Assembly (NCBI GenBank): GCA_032027005.1
Contig: JAVSMW010000003.1
Coordinates: forward strand, 19,246-32,000
Length of the DNA stretch: 12,755 nucleotides
Reading direction: 5' to 3'
From: Thermincola sp.
Lineage (GTDB): Bacteria; Bacillota; Thermincolia; Thermincolales; UBA2595
Part shown: positions 6,491-12,755 of the stretch, one piece after another
Position numbering within the stretch: position 1 is the stretch's first letter
Layout: every line of letters starts with the position of its first letter
Translations under genes and position numbers: made by a program
Notes under the pieces: generated by a model
What the model saw: the letters and a program-made list of their open reading frames with translations, nothing else
What the model was told of the DNA's origin: nothing
Database searches by the model: none

Positions 6491-7755
6491 TATGCCGCCC
6501 CCCCGCTCAACCTGGTTTTTCTGCGTTCTGCAGGGAAATCAATATACCCAAAGTCAGGGTTCAACAGCCTGTCTTTAAAAGCCGAGATATCGCTTTTTTC
6601 TTTGATTAAACCCGTCAAAATACCCACTCTGTCTACCTTGTTGAGACAGATGAAACCTACAATTGAATTGTTCCGTAAGATAACCTTGCGGTAAGTTTTT
6701 TTCTCAGGTTCAGCACTTACCAACACTTCAAACTCGTCGGAATCAGGCTTAATAATCCCCGCCGTAAGCATCGGAAGTTCGCCAAAACCGATGGCATTCA
6801 TAGCCAGACCGCCGGTAAATAATGTTTCAGCCCCGGCCATATTACGTCCGGCAGCTTCGCCTTGATGATAGGCATTGGGCAGCAAGGGTAAAACCCTGTT
6901 GGTGCCATACACTATATCAAAACCTTCGGAAACATCTCCGGCTGCATATACACCGGCAGCAGAGGTCTCCATTTTGTCATTAACCAGGATTCCCCGGTTA
7001 ACAAGAACCTCGGTATTCTTCACCAGATCTGTATTAGGCTGCACTCCGATAGCCAGAACAAGCATATCACAGGCTATTTCTTGGCCATCCGCCAGCTTGA
7101 CACTACTTACGGCATCTGTCCCCTGGATTTCAGCTGCCGTTGTATTCAATGCAAATTTCAGCCCCTGATTCTCCAGGTAATCCTGAACTATGGCGGCGGC
7201 CTGTTCATCCAGGATAGCCGGCAATATACGATTAGCTAACTCGACCACGGTAACATTCATCTTTAATTTGGCCAGGGCTTCGGCTGCTTTTAAGCCAATC
7301 AGACCGGCGCCAATCACGACGGCGTTATTCCTCCCGGCAGCAGCGGCCTGTTCAATTTCCTTTACATCATCGAGTTTAATAAAGGTATAAATACCTTTTT
7401 TTTGGAGACCTGCCATAGGCGGGACAATAGGTTTGCCGCCTGTGGCGATAAGAAGTCTGTCATAGGGTATACCTGTACCGTCTGCCAGTAAGACGCTCCG
7501 GCATGAAAAATCAATCTTTTCAGCCCTCTTACCAAGTAAAGGAGTGACACCATTAGCCTCATAAAAGCCGGGGCCCCGGTAAATCATTTTATCTTCAGTC
7601 ACTTTTCCCGCCAGCCAATAAGAAATCAGCGGCCTGGAATAAGTATGGTATGGTTCGTCTGATATTACGGTAATTCCGCCCTCCCTGTCCACTTGCCTGA
7701 TTCCTTCCACAGCACCTACAGCTGCTGCAGAATTACCGATTATTACGTAGTTCAT
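6490..7755 (-). CDS. NAD(P)H/FAD-dependent pyridine-nucleotide oxidoreductase (two-dinucleotide-fold family), 421 aa; presumed electron-input subunit
   Basis: An FAD fold is present at the N-terminus (NYVIIGNSAAAVGAVEGIR). A second Rossmann fold (AVVIGAGLIGLKAAEAL...VTVVE) and a GVYAAGDV motif follow. I place the start at ATG 7755 (AAGGAGGGG 5 nt upstream) instead of the tracked 7812, which overlaps the ferredoxin gene. Confidence 0.85.
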   Translation of the reverse strand: MNYVIIGNSAAAVGAVEGIRQVDREGGITVISDEPYHTYSRPLISYWLAGKVTEDKMIYRGPGFYEANGVTPLLGKRAEKIDFSCRSVLLADGTGIPYDRLLIATGGKPIVPPMAGLQKKGIYTFIKLDDVKEIEQAAAAGRNNAVVIGAGLIGLKAAEALAKLKMNVTVVELANRILPAILDEQAAAIVQDYLENQGLKFALNTTAAEIQGTDAVSSVKLADGQEIACDMLVLAIGVQPNTDLVKNTEVLVNRGILVNDKMETSAAGVYAAGDVSEGFDIVYGTNRVLPLLPNAYHQGEAAGRNMAGAETLFTGGLAMNAIGFGELPMLTAGIIKPDSDEFEVLVSAEPEKKTYRKVILRNNSIVGFICLNKVDRVGILTGLIKEKSDISAFKDRLLNPDFGYIDFPAERRKTRLSGGAA

Positions 7756-7780
7756 ATTTTCCCCTCCTTGCAAAACGGGT

Positions 7781-8227
7781 TTATTTCCTCTCTTCAAAGA
7801 CCAGGGCTTCATTTGGGCAGTTGGCTACACATGCCGGCACACCATCTCCGGAACTGCAGAGGTCACATTTGGAGGCCACTTTTTGGCCCGAATCATCCCT
7901 GGAAATGGCCCCAAAAGGGCAGGCCAGGATACAGGTCCAGCAGCCCACACAGCGGGCTTCCTCATTGGTCACGATTCCCGTGGCCGGGTCCTTATGCATT
8001 GCCCCGGTAATACAGGCTTTGGTGCAGGGAGCATCATCACAGTGCCGACACTGGAGGGCAAAGGATAATGGCTTATTTTCTTCAACGATCACCCTGGCCA
8101 TAGGCCGGTTACCTTTTTTGAAGGCCTTCACAATATCATTTGGATATTGGGAGTGGGCAACAATACAGTGAACCTCGCAAAGCTTACATCCGACACAGAC
8201 CTCTTCTCTAGCATAAACTCTTTTCAT
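7781..8227 (-). CDS. Polyferredoxin with four [4Fe-4S]-type Cys motifs (HycB/DmsB/CooF-like), 148 aa
   Basis: Sixteen Cys residues fall into four motifs: CVGCKLCEVHC, CRHCDDAPCTKAC, CVGCWTCILACP and CDLC-x8-CVANCP. GGGAGGAGGGG lies upstream of the ATG at 8227. Confidence 0.9.
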   Translation of the reverse strand: MKRVYAREEVCVGCKLCEVHCIVAHSQYPNDIVKAFKKGNRPMARVIVEENKPLSFALQCRHCDDAPCTKACITGAMHKDPATGIVTNEEARCVGCWTCILACPFGAISRDDSGQKVASKCDLCSSGDGVPACVANCPNEALVFEERK

Positions 8228-8243
8228 TGTGTCCCCTCCTCCC

Positions 8244-9746
8244 TTACTCCCCGGCGTGAGCTACACCGAGTATTTCAAGTTCCTTCTGATTTAAGCCGAT
8301 ACCCCTAAGCATCAGCCTGTTACCTCTGAGGCTCTCAAGGGCATTGATCCCCATCCCGCCGATCAGTTCTTTTATTTCATGACTCCAGGCTTTAAGCAAA
8401 TTAGCAGCCCTTTTCGCCCCTATCTCGGGATTTAACCTTTTAGTCAGGTTGGGGTTTTGGGTAGCGATACCCCAATTGCATTTACCTGTATTACAGGTTT
8501 GGCACATGTGGCAGCCCAGGGCTATCAAAGCGGAAGAGGCGATATAAACAGCATCGGCCCCGAGGGCGATGGCTTTCACGATATCCGCGCTGTTTCTGAT
8601 ACTGCCCCCGATAACCAGAGATACCTGGTTTCTGATGCCTTCTTTTCGCAACCGGCTGTCAACTGCAGCCAGGGCCAATTCGATAGGGATACCCACATTG
8701 TCCCGGGTCCGCACAGGGGTAGCCCCTGTCCCACCCCTAAATCCGTCAATAGCAATAATATCAGCACCTGCCCTGGCAATTCCTGAGGCAATAGCCGCGA
8801 CATTGTGCACAGCCGCTATTTTTACTGAGACGGGTTTTTCATAATTGCTGGCTTCTTTCAGGGAATAAATCAATTGGCCAAGATCTTCGATGGAATAAAT
8901 ATCGTGGTGAGGGGCAGGAGAAATGGCGTCTGCGCCTTGGGGGATCATCCTGGTTAAAGATACTTCCAGGTCTACCTTTTCACCGGGCAGATGCCCCCCG
9001 ATACCGGGCTTGGCGCCTTGACCGATCTTTATTTCTATGGCTTTACCCGCATTCAGGTAATCAGCGTGGACCCCAAAACGACCCGATGCGACCTGCACTA
9101 TGGTATTGTTTCCGTAGCGGTAAAGTTCACGGTGTAAACCACCTTCACCGGTGTTATAATAGGTCCCCAATTCCTCTGCCGCTCTGGCCAGGGATTTGTG
9201 GACATTGAGGCTGACCGAACCGAAGGACATCGCGGAAAACATCATTGGTATTTCCAATTCCAACTGGGGAGGCATCTTTTCCGCCAGCCGCCCGTTCTCC
9301 ACCTTCAGGGTTTCCGGTTTACGACCCAAAAAGGTCTTTAATTCCATGGGCTCCCGCAAAGGGTCGATAGAGGGGTTGGTAACCTGGCTGGCATTTAGCA
9401 GGAGGCGGTCCCAGTAAATGGGATACGGCTTATCGGTACCCATTCCCGTGGTCAGCATCCCACCGGTGGCAGCCTGCCTGTAGATGGCGTTGATATCGTG
9501 GGCCGTCCATGTACCATGCTCCCTGTATTCCAGTGGGTATTTTCTGATATTTAGGGCGGTAGTGGGACAGAGGGCAACACATCTATGGCAGTTGACACAT
9601 TTGATGTCAGTGGAAACCACTCTGCCTTCTTCCTCATCCCAGGTATGTGCCTCATTGGCGCATTGGCTGACACATGCTTGACATTCGATGCATCTGTCCC
9701 TGTTCCGTTCAATCAGAAATCGCGGCATCATCAGATTCAGGCTCAT
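8244..9746 (-). CDS. Glutamate synthase FMN-binding (synthase) domain protein with N-terminal 2x[4Fe-4S] ferredoxin domain, 500 aa
   Basis: The N-terminus carries CIECQACVSQC...CVNCHRCVALCP. A TIM-barrel Glu_synthase core follows (MSFGSVS, GEGG, IKIGQGAKPGIGGHLPG, SPAPHHDIYSIEDL, IDGFRGGTGA, GGSIRNSADIVKAIALGADAVYI). I place the start at ATG 9746, with GGAAGGGGTGAG upstream, overlapping the upstream TGA as ATGA. The tracked start at 9824 is rejected. Confidence 0.9.
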   Translation of the reverse strand: MSLNLMMPRFLIERNRDRCIECQACVSQCANEAHTWDEEEGRVVSTDIKCVNCHRCVALCPTTALNIRKYPLEYREHGTWTAHDINAIYRQAATGGMLTTGMGTDKPYPIYWDRLLLNASQVTNPSIDPLREPMELKTFLGRKPETLKVENGRLAEKMPPQLELEIPMMFSAMSFGSVSLNVHKSLARAAEELGTYYNTGEGGLHRELYRYGNNTIVQVASGRFGVHADYLNAGKAIEIKIGQGAKPGIGGHLPGEKVDLEVSLTRMIPQGADAISPAPHHDIYSIEDLGQLIYSLKEASNYEKPVSVKIAAVHNVAAIASGIARAGADIIAIDGFRGGTGATPVRTRDNVGIPIELALAAVDSRLRKEGIRNQVSLVIGGSIRNSADIVKAIALGADAVYIASSALIALGCHMCQTCNTGKCNWGIATQNPNLTKRLNPEIGAKRAANLLKAWSHEIKELIGGMGINALESLRGNRLMLRGIGLNQKELEILGVAHAGE

Positions 9747-10834
9747 AAACTGCTCACCCCTTCCAATAGCCCTATTACCGGCTCCCCGGCTTTGGGTACC
9801 CAAACGTGTGCGGGAGATGGACAAATCTCCCTGATTGCTGATTCTTCACTGGCCAGGTACAGGAAGTCACCTTTAGTGGCAGCTACCATGTTGCGCAGTT
9901 TGAGTCTGTCATTAAGGGCCATCATCCCATTTCTGGTCCCCAAAATAATCGAGAAGGGTCCATTCATTAACAAACTGCCATAAACTGCTCTTAGTGCCGT
10001 GACCAGTTCTTTGGAGTTATCATCCATCCGCTCAATTTCTTTCCAGAGCGGCGCAGCAACCACTGCCACAGCCATTTCCAATGACAGTCCCTGTTTCCTG
10101 ATCAGGTAGTCAAACATGTAAGTAATGGCTTCAGTATCAGTCTGCAGAGTACACTTGTAGCCAAACATTTCGAGGAACCTGGCATTGGCGCCATAGGAGG
10201 AAATTTCCCCATTGTGCACTATCGACCAGTCAAGAAGGGTAAAGGGGTGGGCACCGCCCCACCAGCCGGGGGTATTAGTCGGGAAACGGCCATGAGCGGT
10301 CCAAATATAACCCTTGTACTCATCCAGACGGTAAAATTCACCGATATCTTCGGGGTATCCTACACCCTTGAAGGCACCCATATTCTTACCACTGGAGAAA
10401 ATATAAGCCCCTTCGTAACAGGAATTAATTTTCATTACACACTGGGCGACAAATTCTTCTTCTGTCAGTTCAGAATCGACCAGCTTGTTTTTCTTGGGCT
10501 GCACAAAATACCGCCAGATCAACGGTTGGTTAATGATTACTTTAACCTTGCGGGTCTTAATAACCCCACTGATATCAACATCAAAATGTTCGTTGATAAA
10601 CTCTTCGGCAGCCACCCTGTTGGCCAGGCCTTCATAAAATACATGGAGGGCGTAGTGGTCCTTGTGGTCCGGATAAATACCATAAGCGGCAAACCCGCCG
10701 CCCAAACCATTGGAACGGTCATGCATAAGGGCAATGGACTTTATGATATCTTCGCCTGAAAAACGCTGGCCCTTTTTGTTCATAATTCCACTGATAGCAC
10801 AGCCCGATGGAATTCTGGGAAATACTTTATTCAT
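9743..10834 (-). CDS. Class-II (Ntn) glutamine amidotransferase domain protein of split glutamate synthase, 363 aa
   Basis: A PSG-C-AISGI nucleophile context has Cys at residue 12. HDRSNGLGGGFA, RFPTNTPGWWGGAHPF and VHNGEISSYGAN are typical of the GATase_2/GltB N-terminal domain. AGGTGA lies 6 nt upstream of the ATG. Confidence 0.9.
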   Translation of the reverse strand: MNKVFPRIPSGCAISGIMNKKGQRFSGEDIIKSIALMHDRSNGLGGGFAAYGIYPDHKDHYALHVFYEGLANRVAAEEFINEHFDVDISGVIKTRKVKVIINQPLIWRYFVQPKKNKLVDSELTEEEFVAQCVMKINSCYEGAYIFSSGKNMGAFKGVGYPEDIGEFYRLDEYKGYIWTAHGRFPTNTPGWWGGAHPFTLLDWSIVHNGEISSYGANARFLEMFGYKCTLQTDTEAITYMFDYLIRKQGLSLEMAVAVVAAPLWKEIERMDDNSKELVTALRAVYGSLLMNGPFSIILGTRNGMMALNDRLKLRNMVAATKGDFLYLASEESAIREICPSPAHVWVPKAGEPVIGLLEGVSSL

Positions 10835-10930
10835 TATTTTTCACCTACCGTCTAATGTTGGAATATAGAAACCAAACCGCCTGCCAGTCCCCAATTTAAG
10901 GTATTTTTTACATTTTCTGTTATTTACAGG

Positions 10931-10962
10931 AAAAATAAACCGGCTAATAAAGGTTAGCCGGT
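10931..10962 (-). terminator. Rho-independent terminator of glnA
   Basis: On the minus strand, ACCGGCUAA-ccuuua-UUAGCCGGU forms a 9-bp perfect stem with a 6-nt loop, followed by UUAUUUUU. Confidence 0.8.
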
Positions 10963-10977
10963 CACCAACTGGTTATA

Positions 10978-11022
10978 GGTATCCTAGAAAACAGACAGGT
11001 ATCTTAGAAAACAGACAGGTAT
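10978..11022 (-). repeat. 20-bp tandem duplication (2.25 copies, 19/20 identity) spanning the last codons and stop codon of glnA
   Basis: The plus strand has ggtatcCtagaaaacagaca (10978..10997) and ggtatcTtagaaaacagaca (10998..11017), then ggtat (11018..11022). The minus strand reads TACCTGTCTGTTTTCTAAGA | TACCTGTCTGTTTTCTAGGA | TACC. Confidence 0.9.
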
Positions 11023-12332
11023 TCGTCAATCTCCCACTGATGAACCATGACCCTAAACCTATCCCACTCAATCTTCTTGGCTTCAATAAAGCGGTTATAG
11101 GCATGGTCTCCCAGGGCGGCTTTGATGACTTCATCCTTTGACAATTCCTGAATTGCCTCATAAATGCTGGCAGGCAGGTTGGCGATTCCCTCAGCTGCCC
11201 TTTCTTCCTCAGTCATTTCGTAAATATTTTTGTCTGTTGGCGGCGGCGGTTGTATTTTATTTTTGATCCCGTCAAGCCCTGCCTTCAAGGCTGCTGCAAT
11301 AGCCAGGTAAGGGTTGCAGGCCGGGTCCGGATTCCTTAATTCAATGCGGGTACTGGAGCCTCGTTTGGCCGGTATACGGATCAGAGGGCTTCTGTTCCGG
11401 GCTGACCAGGCGATATAAACCGGTGCTTCATAGCCTGGAACTAATCGTTTATAGGAATTAACGGTGGGATTGGTAATAGCCGCAATAGCCCTGGCATGTT
11501 TTATTAACCCACCGATATAATGCATACAATCATCACTTAGCTGGTTAGGTTTACTGGAATCAAAAAATGCGTTCTGGCCGTTTTTAAACAACGACTGGTT
11601 CATATGCATACCTGAACCTGCGATCCCAAAAATCGGTTTGGGCATAAATGTTGCGTGCAGTCCATGTCTTTGGGCAACAGTCCGTACAACAAATTTGAAG
11701 GTCATTATTTTATCAGCAATATTAAGAGCTTCATCATATTTGAAATCTATCTCATGCTGCCCCGGGGCAACTTCGTGATGGGAGGCCTCGATTTCAAAGC
11801 CCAGCTCCTCTAAGGTCATTACCATATCACGACGGGCATTCTCGCCAAGATCAACCGGTGTCAAATCGAAATAACCGGCCTTATCGTGGGTAATTGTAGT
11901 GGGTTTTCCTTCTGCATCAGTATGAAATAAGAAAAACTCTGCCTCTGGCCCGACATTAAGAGTAAAACCTAATTCAGAAGCTTCCGCCAAGGCTCTTTTC
12001 AAAGTATTCCGCGGACAGCCCTCAAAAGGAGTCCCGTCATGATTGTAAATGTCACAAATCAGGCGGGCAACAGACCCTTCACGGGGTCTCCAGGGGAAAA
12101 CTGCAAAAGTGTTAGGGTCAGGAATTAAGTACATGTCAGACTCTTCAATCCTCACAAATCCCTCGATTGAAGACCCGTCAAACATCATTTCTCCATTCAA
12201 AGCTTTTTCCAGCTGTTCAACAGTAATCGCTACATTTTTGAGTACTCCAAATATATCTGTAAACTGTAAACGAACAAATTTCACTTCTGCTTCTTTCGCT
12301 TTAATTAAAACATCTTCTTTGGTTAACGCCAT
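11004..12332 (-). CDS. glnA: Glutamine synthetase, type I-alpha (Bacillus GlnA-like), 442 aa
   Basis: The protein is collinear with B. subtilis GlnA from memory: RLQFTDIx[76 protein letters not shown] place the start at ATG 12332 (MALTKEDV...). The tracked GTG at 12341 sits only 2 nt from the AAAGG SD. Confidence 0.97.
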   Translation of the reverse strand: MALTKEDVLIKAKEAEVKFVRLQFTDIFGVLKNVAITVEQLEKALNGEMMFDGSSIEGFVRIEESDMYLIPDPNTFAVFPWRPREGSVARLICDIYNHDGTPFEGCPRNTLKRALAEASELGFTLNVGPEAEFFLFHTDAEGKPTTITHDKAGYFDLTPVDLGENARRDMVMTLEELGFEIEASHHEVAPGQHEIDFKYDEALNIADKIMTFKFVVRTVAQRHGLHATFMPKPIFGIAGSGMHMNQSLFKNGQNAFFDSSKPNQLSDDCMHYIGGLIKHARAIAAITNPTVNSYKRLVPGYEAPVYIAWSARNRSPLIRIPAKRGSSTRIELRNPDPACNPYLAIAAALKAGLDGIKNKIQPPPPTDKNIYEMTEEERAAEGIANLPASIYEAIQELSKDEVIKAALGDHAYNRFIEAKKIEWDRFRVMVHQWEIDEYLSVF

Positions 12333-12454
12333 TGTTAACACAACCTTTCGTAAATTTAATTAAAATTTGTTACAGCCGGCAATACATAGACTAACCTCTC
12401 TCTCTTTTCCCCCCTTTAAGAAATCGCCATATATAATTTCCTTATAGATGACAA

Positions 12455-12547
12455 CCAAAAGAAAACGCTCACCAAAAGCAGGTTATACCAAACCCGTCTT
12501 CTGTGAGCGCCATTGCTCTTATTGATATAGATACCCCGTTGTATCTA
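12455..12547 (-). promoter_or_regulatory. glnA leader attenuator: two hexaloop hairpins (ANTAR-target-like) whose second stem competes with an intrinsic terminator
   Basis: On the minus strand, P1 is UAGAUAC-AACGGG-GUAUCUA (12547..12528) and P2 is GAGC-AAUGGC-GCUC (12518..12505). The terminator pairs CGCUCAC (12509..12503) with GUGAGCG (12472..12466). Inner pairs AGAAG/CUUUU and GGUU/AACC extend the stem, and UUUUCUUUU follows (12465..12457). The P2 3' arm is part of the terminator 5' arm. Confidence 0.5.
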
Positions 12548-12583
12548 AATTATAATGTCGAATCCAAAACTTATATATGTTTT

Positions 12584-12611
12584 ATTATAGCACAGGCAAG
12601 ATTAAATGCAA
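12584..12611 (-). promoter_or_regulatory. Candidate sigma-A promoter of glnA (TTGCAT-N16-TGcTATAAT, extended -10)
   Basis: On the minus strand TTGCAT is at 12611..12606 and TATAAT at 12589..12584, preceded by TGc. The predicted transcription start would lie upstream of hairpin P1, giving a leader of about 245 nt. Confidence 0.5.
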
Positions 12612-12755
12612 TACTTATTTATTGATGATTGCCAAAACGAAAATGCCAAGATTTACATAAAGGTTTTCGAAAACCACAGGCGAATAGCAAGTATAGATCA
12701 ATAAATATTAACTACGCACCGGTAAATCGCTGAATTCTTAATGAAGCGGGGGAAC

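Noticed and set aside
6107-10759. Numerous 60-180-aa ORFs, plus-strand or alternative minus-strand frame, inside the GOGAT genes (for example 6107..6448, 6875..7168, 7362..7562, 7693..8010, 7821..8171, 8457..8786, 8576..8803, 9585..9983, 10214..10759, 10537..10734).
   Set aside because: All are nested in or antisense to confidently assigned CDSs. Their compositions are typical of out-of-frame translation, and none has an SD plus an independent motif.
10963-11003. A second ANTAR-type dual hairpin in front of the glnA terminator, which could gate read-through into the GOGAT operon.
   Set aside because: I found no hexaloop hairpin whose 3' arm overlaps the terminator 5' arm (ACCGGCTAA). Only 3-bp stems with 3-5-nt loops are possible.
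4819-12341. N-terminal extensions implied by the ORF track at 4896 (PAP2), 4077 (GT39), 5669 (mazE), 7812 (flavoprotein), 9824 (FMN subunit) and 12341 (glnA).
   Set aside because: In each case an internal ATG or GTG has a properly spaced GGAGG-type SD. The extension lacks homology-like sequence, overlaps the upstream gene or promoter, or sits too close to the SD.
12469-12513. 14-codon mini-ORF in the glnA leader (MALTEDGFGITCFW). Its first six residues echo the GlnA N-terminus MALTKED. Its ATG lies in the P2 loop and its stop lies in the terminator 3' arm.
   Set aside because: It has no credible SD (only AAGAG, 2 nt away). The 6-aa resemblance is not supported at the nucleotide level beyond ATGGCG and could be chance. 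An RNA-structure mechanism explains the region without it. It would only be worth revisiting if ribosome profiling shows occupancy.
12549-12554. Second TATAAT box in the glnA leader (minus strand).
   Set aside because: There is no -35 or TG extension at the right spacing. A start from this box would truncate hairpin P1, so the upstream extended -10 promoter is the better fit.
12630-12675. Direct repeat TTGGCA-N8-TTGGCA (minus strand, 12630..12649) and the 14-nt palindrome GGTTTTCGAAAACC (12662..12675) upstream of the glnA promoter.
   Set aside because: The repeats are short and AT-rich and could easily arise by chance. The palindrome would form only a 5-bp stem with a 4-nt loop and has no clear U-tract. 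It might be a weak terminator of an unseen upstream gene, but that cannot be supported from this window.
12342-12755. Search of the glnA upstream region for a GlnR/TnrA box (TGTNA-N7-TNACA), a glutamine riboswitch (glnA RNA motif) or a T-box.
   Set aside because: No acceptable match was seen by eye. TGTAAatcttggCATTT and the TGTTAACA palindrome near the start codon do not fit the consensus spacing.
12738-12755. Possible end of an upstream minus-strand gene (…VPPLH-TAA) or start of a divergent plus-strand gene (ATG at 12741).
   Set aside because: Only 5 codons are visible and there is no SD for the plus-strand ATG. The evidence is insufficient.
1-12755. Window-wide scan for CRISPR repeats, tRNA/rRNA genes, IS elements or terminal inverted repeats, integrase or transposase genes, and defence-system signatures.
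   Set aside because: None was recognised. The only repeats are the short regulatory-scale ones reported above, so the window looks like core chromosome rather than an accessory island.

Overview
All recognisable genes (11 complete, 1 partial) lie on the minus strand. In transcription order, from high to low coordinates: (1) a sigma-A-type promoter, a roughly 245-nt structured leader and type I-alpha glutamine synthetase (glnA), ending in a strong terminator. (2) A tightly coupled five-gene split ('archaeal-type') glutamate synthase cluster: class-II amidotransferase, ferredoxin-fused FMN synthase domain, 16-Cys polyferredoxin, NAD(P)H/FAD oxidoreductase and GXGXG domain protein. (3) A Bacillus ndoAI/ndoA-type mazEF toxin-antitoxin pair with its own promoter and terminator. 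(4) A PAP2 phosphatase plus GT-C (GT39/ArnT-like) glycosyltransferase operon. (5) A large DUF2339-like polytopic membrane protein translationally coupled to a secreted DUF3999-like protein that runs off the window. Strong GGAGG-type Shine-Dalgarno sites and the protein similarities suggest a Firmicutes/Clostridia-like anaerobe (inference only). I found no tRNA, rRNA, CRISPR array, transposase or integrase. I do not see a convincing wholly new multi-gene system. The points most worth following up are: an ANTAR-type dual-hexaloop antiterminator in the glnA leader; the unusual electron-input module of the split GOGAT; the uncharacterised DUF2339/DUF3999 pair; two repeat-decorated promoters; and a 20-bp tandem duplication across the glnA stop codon. 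All family assignments come from motif recognition and memory, because no searches could be run.
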